Counted from the whole stretch's first letter, positions 37,281-51,028 are shown. The stretch: 63,842 nucleotides of DNA, filler included, from Lama guanicoe (GCA_013239625.1; 203 parts of 203 records of this genome joined end to end with filler, not necessarily neighbours in it); one strand, 5' to 3'. Notes: a model not told the origin generated them from the letters alone. Made by a program: numbers and translations.

Positions 37281-40003
37281 CTGCTCAGAACAGGGATCCC
37301 GAGGTCAGGAATGGGCCCAAAGTCCCCATCAGGTCCCGGAGCCCATGTGGAATCCCTGAAACTCAGAACCTCCCCCAACACACNNNNNNNNNNNNNNNNN
37401 NNNNNNNNNNNNNNNNNNNNNNNNNNNTTAATTAATTAANNNNNNNNNNNNNNNNNNNNNNNNNNNNNNNNNNNNNNNNNNNNCAACCATATAGAAATGT
37501 TATATATGATTTCATATATGAAAGTATAACCAAATTACTAAAATGAATATTGAAAGCAAAGGGTTCCTTGTTCCCATGTTAGAATCTTTCTGTAGACTAT
37601 ATAATACAGTCAGAGCCACAGGAGCCATCAATTCTCACTTCACTTTTGGTTCTCTCTCATTCCCACTCAGTGCTTGAAGTATTTGGTATTTTTTAATCNN
37701 NNNNNNNNNNNNNNNNNNNNNNNNNNNNNNNNNNNNNNNNNNTTAATTAATTAANNNNNNNNNNNNNNNNNNNNNNNNNNNNNNNNNNNNNNNNNNNNGT
37801 CTTCCCTGCAATTGCTGGTGATAATCCGCCCATGGATTTCCATGGCTGTGCAGGGCTCCGTGTATTTGAGGCCTCCTGTATATGTGAGCACACACCTGTG
37901 TATTCACACACACATACTCCCATTAACAGATCACATACATGCAAATCTAAATGTAACAAGGTTGGATCAGTGTTAAGCTGAGATGTTGAAGCCTACATAA
38001 ATCAGAAGATTCANNNNNNNNNNNNNNNNNNNNNNNNNNNNNNNNNNNNNNNNNNNNTTAATTAATTAANNNNNNNNNNNNNNNNNNNNNNNNNNNNNNN
38101 NNNNNNNNNNNNNATTTTCCAGGAGATAAATCCTTAGTAACTTGCATTTAAAGTGAAAACAGGGGGAAATGTCTCCACCTTTTTTGGGAAAGAGACAAGT
38201 TGTAAATATACTCAATCAGTAAAACAAGTGAGTTGAGGGTACTTCCTCTTTCATGTGTTCCTCAATACATGTACTTACGGGCAGAAGCATACCTGAGCAT
38301 TTTGATCACTAACATGCACACATAAAGANNNNNNNNNNNNNNNNNNNNNNNNNNNNNNNNNNNNNNNNNNNNTTAATTAATTAANNNNNNNNNNNNNNNN
38401 NNNNNNNNNNNNNNNNNNNNNNNNNNNNGCATAGCTGACACACACTATCCAAAGGACTGCTCTGGTTCTCACTTCCCATACCTACAAACAGTGCAGCTAC
38501 TGCTATGTAACTGGCTTGACTTCACAGCTCATTTCCATCACTTTGTGTCCATCTAACTATAAAAAGCCAGTTATTTAACCCTTCTGAGTTTCATCCTCTT
38601 TATATACAAATTCAGAGGAATAATGCTATGAGGAGGACTAAAGNNNNNNNNNNNNNNNNNNNNNNNNNNNNNNNNNNNNNNNNNNNNTTAATTAATTAAN
38701 NNNNNNNNNNNNNNNNNNNNNNNNNNNNNNNNNNNNNNNNNNNGGAGTCAGAGGGGGCATGTACTCTGTCACTGCCTTCACCAGCAAGGTGACCCAGCAG
38801 AGATGCAAAGCACGTGGGAGCCATGACAAGGCCTGAACTGCACCCGCCTCTAAAGAACAGACAAAACTTCCGTTCACTTCTGCTCATCTTGTGTGGCTTT
38901 CTCTTGTGGCCAACCTTAAGCGGAGACATACAGGGAGGTGAATCTGGGAAACACTGTTNNNNNNNNNNNNNNNNNNNNNNNNNNNNNNNNNNNNNNNNNN
39001 NNTTAATTAATTAANNNNNNNNNNNNNNNNNNNNNNNNNNNNNNNNNNNNNNNNNNNNCTCAGTTGGATTTTGTTTTCTTAACACAGGGCAGACTAAATA
39101 AAACTCATGTATGGCCTGCCTGGATTCATCTCTCTGGCGCCCGGCTTGTGACCCCTGGGAGAGAGGGTAATTAAACCATGGGGGGGGGTGGGGCTAGAAG
39201 AGGATGGAGAAGGGGGTGAACGCTAGCCCAGAGCATCAGCCTGGCTTTGCCTAAGCTCCCAGCTGATGATTTCNNNNNNNNNNNNNNNNNNNNNNNNNNN
39301 NNNNNNNNNNNNNNNNNTTAATTAATTAANNNNNNNNNNNNNNNNNNNNNNNNNNNNNNNNNNNNNNNNNNNNGTCTACACGCCCACAGTTCATGGTAAA
39401 AGCTGCTTACAGCTGCCTGGAGGCCTCCGTTAACCAGTAGCCGCTCACATCTGGTCCGCTGGCCACCAGGAGCAGAAAATACAGGACAGGGGAACGGCAG
39501 GGCTGCGGCTGCAGCTGGAGTCATGATCTGCCTCTCTCTGCCTTCCCTCGACTTCACCGCGCCCAGCGTCCTCAGTGTTGTTCAGTGCNNNNNNNNNNNN
39601 NNNNNNNNNNNNNNNNNNNNNNNNNNNNNNNNTTAATTAATTAANNNNNNNNNNNNNNNNNNNNNNNNNNNNNNNNNNNNNNNNNNNNGAATTCATCGTC
39701 CACACAGTAGTTACAGCAAAGGATGACGTGAAATACAAGAAGCAGGAAAGACTCGTAAATAATTTTAATTTTTTCCCCTTCGTTGGAAGCTCTCAGCTTC
39801 CAGGCATAAGTGGCACATTGGATGGCCAGCACCTGAAGGAAATGAAAGTCACTCCCTAAGCACACAGCTGTGAAGTTTCACGACAGAGCTGCGTGGACAA
39901 GATNNNNNNNNNNNNNNNNNNNNNNNNNNNNNNNNNNNNNNNNNNNNTTAATTAATTAANNNNNNNNNNNNNNNNNNNNNNNNNNNNNNNNNNNNNNNNN
40001 NNN

Positions 40004-40218
40004 CACTCGGCGACGCCCCCGGGCCACGGGAGCCAATCCGCGCGCGTGCGCTGCCCGGTCTTGGCCGGCGCCCTCCTTGGCCGCTCCGATCCCCCCGCCC
40101 GCCCAACGGTCACTTCGTCAGGCAGGCAGGCGGCAGTCGGTTGGAGCGGCTGGCATCTCTGCGGGTCTCCCGAGCGACGCCGCCCCTGCTCCCCGCCGGC
40201 AGCGGCGGCGGCTGCAGC
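40004..40218. promoter_or_regulatory. CpG-island promoter fragment with CCAAT box (40033-40037) and NRF1-like GCGCGTGCGC (40042-40051)
   Basis: High CpG density plus motifs read directly; gene not identified. Confidence 0.7.
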
Positions 40219-41578
40219 NNNNNNNNNNNNNNNNNNNNNNNNNNNNNNNNNNNNNNNNNNNNTTAATTAATTAANNNNNNNNNNNNNNNNNNNNNNNNNN
40301 NNNNNNNNNNNNNNNNNNAGCGGGAGTGGTGCACTCGGCCACCCCGAGACCGAGGCCGGCATGAGCTGCCCTCAGAGCAGCCACGGGGCTGCGGCGTGCT
40401 GAGCCGCTTTCAGGGCGGGGCTGGTGAGCATCCCGGAGCCCCCGCTACTTCAGGACTTTGACAATGTTCAGTTAAACGGAAACGGACAGCCTTCCCTTTT
40501 CCCCCTTCCTCAATAAGTGCACACGCTATCACANNNNNNNNNNNNNNNNNNNNNNNNNNNNNNNNNNNNNNNNNNNNTTAATTAATTAANNNNNNNNNNN
40601 NNNNNNNNNNNNNNNNNNNNNNNNNNNNNNNNNGGAGTGTTTTCCGGAAGCAGGAGAGATAGTCAAGCAGCAGTGAGCACACGGCCTGGGGAAGGAGCCT
40701 CCCCTGCCACACCCGCCCCAGTTCCACGCCCGCGCCAGCTGTGCGCACACAAGCAGCCCCTGCTGCCTCTCCAGAGGCGCGCACCCTCCTCAGACGCCAG
40801 CGCCATCCTCGCCGGGGTCCTCCCCACGGCGCCAAGAGCACCCACGGGNNNNNNNNNNNNNNNNNNNNNNNNNNNNNNNNNNNNNNNNNNNNTTAATTAA
40901 TTAANNNNNNNNNNNNNNNNNNNNNNNNNNNNNNNNNNNNNNNNNNNNTACAAATGTCCTTTTCCTTCAATCTCTTCCTATCTAATATTCCTTAACATAT
41001 GAAAACTGTAAGGATCAATCAAAGACTGTAAATGTTCCTGCTGAGAAGAGTCCGACAGGATGAAAGAGGTAAATTTTGATCCCATTAATCACCCAACTGC
41101 TAAGGCATTGGGAAGAGACTGCTCAGTGACAAGGAAAGGATGACAACAGATAAACAGAAAGGANNNNNNNNNNNNNNNNNNNNNNNNNNNNNNNNNNNNN
41201 NNNNNNNTTAATTAATTAANNNNNNNNNNNNNNNNNNNNNNNNNNNNNNNNNNNNNNNNNNNNCTAAGCACTGAAATCTTGGAGAATCCAAGCATTGAAA
41301 GAATAGGCTGCTCGTGACCTGTGTTTCGAATACACAAAAAATGTTAACATCATGAACATTTGTACAAAGCCACTGAAGACAAGTTTACCAGTTACTTCAG
41401 AGATCTTCCTGTATCTTGCTACCATTGACTGACAGATTTAAGGCTGCTTTTTTCAACGTGGACAGAGAGTGCAGTGTANNNNNNNNNNNNNNNNNNNNNN
41501 NNNNNNNNNNNNNNNNNNNNNNTTAATTAATTAANNNNNNNNNNNNNNNNNNNNNNNNNNNNNNNNNNNNNNNNNNNN

Positions 41579-41793
41579 GGCGGCGGCGGCGGCCCGGCGC
41601 TGACGGGAGCGGGGGCTCCCCGAACCCAGGCCCCTCCGCCGAGCCCTGGGGAGAGCCCGGCGCAGGTTTGAACAGACAGCTCGGGACGCTTAAGGGGTCT
41701 CCTGACGGTGGGGGTCGACCGGCCTCTCCGGCTTGAGGCGCGGAAGGCTCCTGGGGACCCCCTTTCCGTATGTAGGTCACGGCTGTTCGCTCC
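41579..41793. promoter_or_regulatory. CpG-island fragment starting in (GGC)n
   Basis: High GC and CpG content. Confidence 0.65.
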
Positions 41794-43468
41794 NNNNNNN
41801 NNNNNNNNNNNNNNNNNNNNNNNNNNNNNNNNNNNNNTTAATTAATTAANNNNNNNNNNNNNNNNNNNNNNNNNNNNNNNNNNNNNNNNNNNNAGGCAGT
41901 GGACAATGGAAATAGACATCGGATCCTTGGCTCCATCATGGCTCAATCCCTGATGTATTATTCAGGGAAAATCACTAATATCTCTGGATTTTTTTTTTTC
42001 CTCTAAATGGGAATGATCACACCCACCTTCACTTTCTCGGTGTTGCCTGTGGGAACAACGGACAGAGCCTTTAGAGACTGGATGGTGATTCGTAGGTCTA
42101 GTCGCTAANNNNNNNNNNNNNNNNNNNNNNNNNNNNNNNNNNNNNNNNNNNNTTAATTAATTAANNNNNNNNNNNNNNNNNNNNNNNNNNNNNNNNNNNN
42201 NNNNNNNNTCTTTAGGTTAATGGTAAAACAAGCAACAGACAATAAACTAACATGCATTGAGATCATGGGGTGATAATTAAACATGGAACAATTTAAAATA
42301 CTAACATAATGTACTAATTTTGATCTTGGATAGGATTGTTGAATGACTAACTGAAAGTATGAATGTGGTATTGTCTTTGAAAGGTTAACAGCTTTTGAGG
42401 AGTGTGAAGGGAAAGGAAAGAAANNNNNNNNNNNNNNNNNNNNNNNNNNNNNNNNNNNNNNNNNNNNTTAATTAATTAANNNNNNNNNNNNNNNNNNNNN
42501 NNNNNNNNNNNNNNNNNNNNNNNTAATCCTTGCATCCTTATCTTAACTTTTTAAAACGTAATCTCTCTTTTCATGGATTCTCAGGTGAGCTATTATCCTT
42601 AAAGAAGCAGTGAGTTTTTTCCCTTTGGCTTTTATTCCTAGAGCCAAAGCCCACTCAGTCAGGTTAAAATGGTCTTACAGTGAAAGACTCAGTTCTATGA
42701 CTTGATCATAGAGTGTCAGTACCCCAAGTCATGGAGGGNNNNNNNNNNNNNNNNNNNNNNNNNNNNNNNNNNNNNNNNNNNNTTAATTAATTAANNNNNN
42801 NNNNNNNNNNNNNNNNNNNNNNNNNNNNNNNNNNNNNNTCTAACCCGGGCACAGCCCCTGCCCTCCCCCACAGGCAGGCAGAAGGGGCCTCCTTATGATG
42901 ATCGGGGGTCTCCCTTCTGCACCGGGACCCTCTGTAACCCCTGACATCATTCATTGGTCTCCATTTCCAAACTTTCTGCAGATTCTTCACGTAGAACCAT
43001 AGGTAAGGGATGAAACCACCGAGGGAAAAGAAAACCATTAGAAATGATGGATANNNNNNNNNNNNNNNNNNNNNNNNNNNNNNNNNNNNNNNNNNNNTTA
43101 ATTAATTAANNNNNNNNNNNNNNNNNNNNNNNNNNNNNNNNNNNNNNNNNNNNCGCCAACCCCACACAGCTCCTCCGCTTTTACCTTCCTGCAGGGTTGC
43201 ATTCTCACCAGGCTTGGGCCCTAATGTCCTGAGTCCAACCATTGAAAACGATGTTCTCTTCGGATCTGGGAAAGACTTGGGGGTGGGTGGGTAGAATATG
43301 CTGATTGGGGGAACAAAAAGGACATACATGAGTATTTGGTCCAAGGAGGACGCCAGCTTCTAAAGAAGNNNNNNNNNNNNNNNNNNNNNNNNNNNNNNNN
43401 NNNNNNNNNNNNTTAATTAATTAANNNNNNNNNNNNNNNNNNNNNNNNNNNNNNNNNNNNNNNNNNNN

Positions 43469-43683
43469 TTGGTGTAAACCTACCAATCTGAGATGATGAG
43501 TCAATCCCAAACAGAATGAACCCAAAGAAATCCACGTGCAGACACATCGTAATTAAAACTCCAAAACATAAAGGCAAAGAAAAAAATCTTAACAGCAGCC
43601 AAAGAATTTCCCTTTAGGGAAAAATAATTAGAACGATAGTGGATTTCTTACCAGACACCACAGAGGCCAGCAGGAAGTGGCAC
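43469..43683 (+). mobile_element. Old LINE-1 ORF1 fragment
   Basis: IPNRMNPKKSTCRHIVIK...KEKNLxAAK...IRTIVDFL..TTEASRKW. Confidence 0.85.
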
Positions 43684-44591
43684 NNNNNNNNNNNNNNNNN
43701 NNNNNNNNNNNNNNNNNNNNNNNNNNNTTAATTAATTAANNNNNNNNNNNNNNNNNNNNNNNNNNNNNNNNNNNNNNNNNNNNCAGAGCACATTATCAGC
43801 CTTAGCTTGTTAACTTCTCTTAACAATACTCTGGGTTTTACCCTCCAGTTACAGAGACACAGAGATAGAATAAGATCTGAAGATTCCAAAACCTGTGTAT
43901 TTCTCATGAGCACAGTGGCAAAGGCTGTAGCTGTCTCTAACCTTAGCAGTCTATCTACATGATTCCTCAACTAAGCTCACATTTTACCAAAGAATGTTNN
44001 NNNNNNNNNNNNNNNNNNNNNNNNNNNNNNNNNNNNNNNNNNTTAATTAATTAANNNNNNNNNNNNNNNNNNNNNNNNNNNNNNNNNNNNNNNNNNNNAA
44101 GCTCAAGGTCTACTGGGAGTTGAATCTTTCTCCATCTTGATGCTAATAACTTTTAATGGCGTGCCCTGCCCCCTTCCCTCCTGTCTTAGTTTGGTCAAGT
44201 CCCTTAGCGCGGTCTGGGTGTGGGCAAATCCCTTGTGCTATGGGGGAGTCCACAATTCACAGCAGCCAGGAGAGCTGCCCACCCCTACCGCCTGCACAGG
44301 GTAGAAAAAAGTCNNNNNNNNNNNNNNNNNNNNNNNNNNNNNNNNNNNNNNNNNNNNTTAATTAATTAANNNNNNNNNNNNNNNNNNNNNNNNNNNNNNN
44401 NNNNNNNNNNNNNCAGCTCAGTGGCATGAAGCTCTCTCACACTGTTGTGCAGCCTTCACCCCTTTTCTTCCACGGCCTAGTCCTGTGACTTTTAACGACA
44501 GGTGCCGGGTTTGCAGCCGGGGGTGTGATGAACTCCAGCTCTCCTCAGAGACGGGAGCCACGTCAATGGGGTGCGAGTCCTCCGAGTTTAC

Positions 44592-44628
44592 CTTGGCCGT
44601 CATGTACATGAGGTTATTCAGCACCAGC
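44592..44628 (-). CDS. FRY: 3' end of a furry homolog exon (FRY; FRYL less likely)
   Basis: LVLNNLMYMTAK followed by donor AAG|gtaaac; recalled FRY ...ATSLVLNNLMYMTAK|YGDE (FRYL has AMVLNNLMYMTAK). Confidence 0.8.
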
Positions 44629-44729
44629 NNNNNNNNNNNNNNNNNNNNNNNNNNNNNNNNNNNNNNNNNNNNTTAATTAATTAANNNNNNNNNNNNNNNN
44701 NNNNNNNNNNNNNNNNNNNNNNNNNNNNT

Positions 44730-44942
44730 GAAAGGAAAGCCATATCTTTCTGGGGCTGCATGACACAGCTTTCCTTTGTCCACTTGTTTGGTGGCACTGA
44801 GATTTTCCTGCTCACTGTGATGGCCTATGACCGCTACGCGGCCATCTGCAAGCCCCTGCACTACACCGCCATCATGAACCGGCAGGTGTGTGCTGTCCTG
44901 GCGGGAGTAGCGTGGGCGGGGGGCGTTGTGCATTCCTTGGCC
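44730..44942 (+). CDS. Olfactory receptor fragment, TM3-TM4, family 4 (OR4X2-like); partial at both ends
   Basis: [71 protein letters not shown], no stops. Confidence 0.96.
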
Positions 44943-45358
44943 CNNNNNNNNNNNNNNNNNNNNNNNNNNNNNNNNNNNNNNNNNNNNTTAATTAATTAAN
45001 NNNNNNNNNNNNNNNNNNNNNNNNNNNNNNNNNNNNNNNNNNNTTCAATCTGCCAAGAGTTTTGTGTTATGTGATTTCAGTTCTGAAGAAATTTAATTAA
45101 GGATGCTTTAAAATTGTAACAAATGAGCAAATGGTCTATGTATCTCTATATGTTAAATTTTTATTGCTGTGTAACTGGTTGCCATAAACTTAGAGATGGG
45201 AAAAAAAAACACATTTATGACCTTACGTTTTCAGTGGGTCAGCTGTCTGGCCATGGCTNNNNNNNNNNNNNNNNNNNNNNNNNNNNNNNNNNNNNNNNNN
45301 NNTTAATTAATTAANNNNNNNNNNNNNNNNNNNNNNNNNNNNNNNNNNNNNNNNNNNN

Positions 45359-45573
45359 CCCTATTACTAACATCTTACGTTAGTATGGTACATTTGTGAC
45401 AACCAGGGAACAAACATTCACACATCATTATTTACTGAAGTCCGTAGTTACTCAGGTTTCCCTAGCTTTTACTCAATGTCCTTTTTCTGTTCCAGGGTCC
45501 CAGCTAGGATATCACATTACATTCAATTATTGTGTGTTTTTAGACTCCTCTTGGCTGTGATAATCTCTGAGAC
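45359..45573 (-). mobile_element. Old L1 (L1MC/L1MD-like) 3' fragment; near-identical partner at 49139-49353
   Basis: ccctatta.taacatctt...tggtacatttgt.aca...aatgtccttttt ctgttccagg.tccca; 4 substitutions between copies, from base 50 to base 166. Confidence 0.82.
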
Positions 45574-46029
45574 NNNNNNNNNNNNNNNNNNNNNNNNNNN
45601 NNNNNNNNNNNNNNNNNTTAATTAATTAANNNNNNNNNNNNNNNNNNNNNNNNNNNNNNNNNNNNNNNNNNNNAGAGGACCACGGTAGAATGTCTTCAAA
45701 ATTTGGAGAAGAAAAATTCTCAGCTTAGAATTTTATACCCAGATGAACTGTCATTCAAGGGTGAGAGTGAAAATGAAGCTCTTTTCAGACATGCAAGGTC
45801 TCCATAAAAGTATCCCACCATAAATGTGCTCCACCAAATGAAGAAGAAAGAGACAGGACAGCAAGAAAGCAGAGGCCCCGCCCTAAGANNNNNNNNNNNN
45901 NNNNNNNNNNNNNNNNNNNNNNNNNNNNNNNNTTAATTAATTAANNNNNNNNNNNNNNNNNNNNNNNNNNNNNNNNNNNNNNNNNNNNAATGAGTTTTTG
46001 TGGAATGAATGCTACTTGATATGCCCAGA

Positions 46030-46203
46030 GGACAAGAGAGACAGAAGGCGAGGATGCCACGTGGCCGTGAAGGCAGATACTAAAGTGATGAAGCCACGCT
46101 TCAGGGAGCACCAGCCGGCATCAGAAGCTGGAGGAGGCAAAGAACAGATTCTCACTCTGAGTCTCCTACTGGCACCTTGATTTTCGACTTCTGGTCTCCA
46201 GAG
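46030..46203 (+). mobile_element. MaLR LTR (MLT1-type)
   Basis: cagaagctggaggaggcaa.gaacagattctc.ctc.gag...caccttgattttcgacttctgg.ctccaga. Confidence 0.85.
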
Positions 46204-46303
46204 NNNNNNNNNNNNNNNNNNNNNNNNNNNNNNNNNNNNNNNNNNNNTTAATTAATTAANNNNNNNNNNNNNNNNNNNNNNNNNNNNNNNNNNNNNNNNN
46301 NNN

Positions 46304-46518
46304 TCTTCCAAAACTAAACATATTATTATCACACAATTCAGCAACTGCACTCCTTGGTATTTACCCAAATGAATTAAAAACTTATGTCCACACAAAAACT
46401 TGCATGCAGATGTTTAAAGCAGCTTTAGTCGTTACTGCCAAAACTTAGAAGTAACCAAGTTATCCTTAAATAAACTATGGTATTCCAGACAATGGAATGT
46501 TATTCAGCACTAAAAAGA
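46304..46518 (+). mobile_element. Old LINE-1 ORF2 C-terminal fragment
   Basis: gcactccttggtatttacccaaatgaattaaaaacttatgtccacacaaaaact...aatggaatgttattcagcactaaaaaga. Confidence 0.9.
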
Positions 46519-49500
46519 NNNNNNNNNNNNNNNNNNNNNNNNNNNNNNNNNNNNNNNNNNNNTTAATTAATTAANNNNNNNNNNNNNNNNNNNNNNNNNN
46601 NNNNNNNNNNNNNNNNNNCCTCCTGGGACTTTCTAATACTAGGCTCTACGCAGCCTGGCTAATGCCCATCGTGCGATCAGAAGTAGACCCTGGGGCCGTG
46701 GTAAAGGCCGCCGCAGTAGTCACATCATGCTGCTTACTTTTGCAGGTGGATCCACATCCTGGCGACGTAGAAGAGACCCAGCCTGTCTCCTTCATCCTCT
46801 GAACATGTTTCAGAAGTCACTGTGTTCATCGTCNNNNNNNNNNNNNNNNNNNNNNNNNNNNNNNNNNNNNNNNNNNNTTAATTAATTAANNNNNNNNNNN
46901 NNNNNNNNNNNNNNNNNNNNNNNNNNNNNNNNNAGTCCAAGGTCACACAGCCAGAAAGAGATGGAACCTGGTTTATGGCTAGATCTACTGAATATCTTCA
47001 GTTCATTTCTTTAAAATAATACCTCAGACATGTATAAACCATGTGTGCCTAGCTAACTCTTCTGTTATCACCTTGGCCTCTAACCTGAAGTGGGATGTAT
47101 GTGGCAGTATTCAACTGTCATGAAATTGATGTAATTCTCTAAGACCTTNNNNNNNNNNNNNNNNNNNNNNNNNNNNNNNNNNNNNNNNNNNNTTAATTAA
47201 TTAANNNNNNNNNNNNNNNNNNNNNNNNNNNNNNNNNNNNNNNNNNNNCTGCTTCTGAAAAAGTTGAGCCAGTCAGAGATGGACTCGTTACAATGACAGT
47301 GTCCCTAAGGGTTCGCCAGTCAGCAAAAGTGTGTCCTGAATAACCACACTTCTGCTGATGACATGAGCCCACTTGGACCTCTGAAAGTCATCAGTCCCTG
47401 AAAGAGAGGCTGTCTGATCAATACAGCCCCCTTTTCCTAGAGTCAGCAATAAGCCTCATGTCTNNNNNNNNNNNNNNNNNNNNNNNNNNNNNNNNNNNNN
47501 NNNNNNNTTAATTAATTAANNNNNNNNNNNNNNNNNNNNNNNNNNNNNNNNNNNNNNNNNNNNTTTCAACTCTGTTCTCTGTTCTCGTGAACTTTGTACT
47601 ATTACTTCTCTAAATCAGGTTCCCTCGATGTGCTTTCTTTAATATCTCTCTTGGATCACTACAGTGGCTTGAGTTTCCTGTCTTCAGTCTTGCTCCTTCA
47701 AATACATCTTCACTCAGTAGCCAGAGTGATTTACGTAAGTACAGATCCCACTATACCATTTTCTGTATAGCTCTGTATNNNNNNNNNNNNNNNNNNNNNN
47801 NNNNNNNNNNNNNNNNNNNNNNTTAATTAATTAANNNNNNNNNNNNNNNNNNNNNNNNNNNNNNNNNNNNNNNNNNNNAAAAAAAAAAACAGGATCTTTA
47901 GAATGCTCAGGTGAACATTCTTGATACTAACATAGTTGCTGATTATACAAGGTCTGTCTGAGAAGGAAAATAGCTGCTGTCACATTCTAAGACGCTGTGT
48001 GGGAAGATCAGTTGCCATACAGATGTTCCCACAAAGAAACTTCCTGGATAAAGAACAAGAAAAGGAAGAAGAGGTTAATGTTAGTGGGTTCTTNNNNNNN
48101 NNNNNNNNNNNNNNNNNNNNNNNNNNNNNNNNNNNNNTTAATTAATTAANNNNNNNNNNNNNNNNNNNNNNNNNNNNNNNNNNNNNNNNNNNNTTTGCGT
48201 ACTTCAAAAGCATTACCTTACATCACTGCAAACCTGGCGAGTAATTGCAAGGATCAGAGTAATTCATATTCAAATACTCACCATGTTTGCTCACGGCATT
48301 GATTCTCCCAGATGTGCTGGTATTATAAAAAAGACATTAAGGCTAATTTTTAAATATTTAAAATACTGTTTTCACTGAGAGAACTATGGCATTTCCAATT
48401 TAAAAAAANNNNNNNNNNNNNNNNNNNNNNNNNNNNNNNNNNNNNNNNNNNNTTAATTAATTAANNNNNNNNNNNNNNNNNNNNNNNNNNNNNNNNNNNN
48501 NNNNNNNNCCTCGTATAAATCTGAATACAAAGCAAGTGCTTAATAAATACCTAACTTAAGAACTACTGAAAAAAGATATTTTTATAACGCAGGGGGTTCA
48601 AATTCACTGACTTACAGGAACCACGTAGGCAATTCAAATGCGCTCACTGTTTATTTTTTGTCAACGGAGGAACTCACTGCCACAAAGAAATACGCTTTCG
48701 CTAGTCACCAGCCCCCTGGTGGTNNNNNNNNNNNNNNNNNNNNNNNNNNNNNNNNNNNNNNNNNNNNTTAATTAATTAANNNNNNNNNNNNNNNNNNNNN
48801 NNNNNNNNNNNNNNNNNNNNNNNAAATGCTCACCAAGGTTGTTATACTATGTCAAGATCATTTTCCCTGGTATGAAAAATCTGGGATTGGATGGAGACAA
48901 CAGGGTGGATGCCATGATGTTATTTGTCTTCTCAGAATTCTCCTGAGTCTGTAAAAGTAGGACCCACATCAAGAGCAAGAATACCCCAATTTTTCATTTA
49001 TGTGTTGGAAGACAGCTCATAGGCTCTTTCCTGTCAGTNNNNNNNNNNNNNNNNNNNNNNNNNNNNNNNNNNNNNNNNNNNNTTAATTAATTAANNNNNN
49101 NNNNNNNNNNNNNNNNNNNNNNNNNNNNNNNNNNNNNNCCCTATTACTAACATCTTACGTTAGTATGGTACATTTGTGACAACCAGGAAACAAACATTCA
49201 CACATCATTATTTACTGAAGTCCGTAGTTATTCAGGTTTCCCTAGCTTTTACTCAATGTCCTTTTTCCGTTCCAGGGTCCCAGCTAGGATATCACATTAC
49301 ATTTAATTATTGTGTGTTTTTAGACTCCTCTTGGCTGTGATAATCTCTGAGACNNNNNNNNNNNNNNNNNNNNNNNNNNNNNNNNNNNNNNNNNNNNTTA
49401 ATTAATTAANNNNNNNNNNNNNNNNNNNNNNNNNNNNNNNNNNNNNNNNNNNNAATCCACGCGTCCACCTGCAGCCCCACCAGGCCCAACAGGTGTCATC

Positions 49501-50398
49501 ACGGAGGCGGGTGCCTTGATGCTCTAGTTTGTGTGGGCACTGAGTGTGCCAGAGCAGCCAGCACAACTGTAAAAAGATGCGACGTGAGCTTGCCCCGCTT
49601 GGTGTGACATAAAGGCAGAGGAACCGGAGCATCGTGACCTTAGTGCAGCGCACACACACGATGCAGCGNNNNNNNNNNNNNNNNNNNNNNNNNNNNNNNN
49701 NNNNNNNNNNNNTTAATTAATTAANNNNNNNNNNNNNNNNNNNNNNNNNNNNNNNNNNNNNNNNNNNNTCAACCAAGAAAAAGTTTTAGTTCCCAAAATG
49801 GCTTAATTTGTTAACTACAGTTAACCTAACAAACAATTTCAGGTAAAATTCCTCTAATTTGTCGCCATTTTGTGTGTGTTTCTACATGTGTTTTCTTTGT
49901 TGTTGTTGTTCACTTTCTTTTTAGATAGATGCAAATTTCATTTGTATTCTCTCCCCCTCCCCAACCCTGTATTGATTGATTGANNNNNNNNNNNNNNNNN
50001 NNNNNNNNNNNNNNNNNNNNNNNNNNNTTAATTAATTAANNNNNNNNNNNNNNNNNNNNNNNNNNNNNNNNNNNNNNNNNNNNTGATAAGGTCACAGTCC
50101 TATCAGATTCAAGTCTCACCCTTATGGATTCAGTTAACCTTCAACACCTCCTAAAGATCCCCATTTCCAGATGGAAGTCACATCGGCGGTCAGGGCTTCA
50201 ACAAACTAATTTGAAAGGAACACAGTCCAGTCCATGGCATCTATATAGTCAGCTGGCTATTTTCTATGATTTGTAAAACACACACACAAACAAAAATANN
50301 NNNNNNNNNNNNNNNNNNNNNNNNNNNNNNNNNNNNNNNNNNTTAATTAATTAANNNNNNNNNNNNNNNNNNNNNNNNNNNNNNNNNNNNNNNNNNNN

Positions 50399-50613
50399 TG
50401 AGAACCACTTCTCTAGTGCACCAGCAGAAATGTGCAAGGCTTCAGGAGTTCTGTGCTTGGAGCTGCACACCCTCACATCTACTTCATTCTGTTGGCCAAG
50501 ACAAGCTACAAGGAGGAGCAATCAAGAGGAGGGGCAGGCCACCTTGTTCTTGGCAAAGTTACATAGGAAGGGATATGAATACAGAGAGATTAGAAGAACT
50601 GGGCTATTAAAAT
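50399..50613 (-). mobile_element. Old MaLR LTR (MLT1H-K-like); near-identical partner at 51344-51558
   Basis: cattct.ttggccaa..caag...caagg...caaagttaca; 6 substitutions between copies, from base 50 to base 166. Confidence 0.75.
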
Positions 50614-51028
50614 NNNNNNNNNNNNNNNNNNNNNNNNNNNNNNNNNNNNNNNNNNNNTTAATTAATTAANNNNNNNNNNNNNNNNNNNNNNNNNNNNNNN
50701 NNNNNNNNNNNNNCCCCAGCCCACCATCACGAGAATAACTGGATAATCTATTCTCTTGACATTTATTGTCTGGTATTAAAGGTTAATTACAGTTTATGTA
50801 TCTTGAACTCATAATATTACTTGGCACTGTTTTAAAAAACACTAAGTCAGAAAAATCTCATTATTTGCAAAAATACATCTTACACGTCAGTTTTATTATT
50901 ATAGATATTATTCAACTAGAAGTCAAGCNNNNNNNNNNNNNNNNNNNNNNNNNNNNNNNNNNNNNNNNNNNNTTAATTAATTAANNNNNNNNNNNNNNNN
51001 NNNNNNNNNNNNNNNNNNNNNNNNNNNN

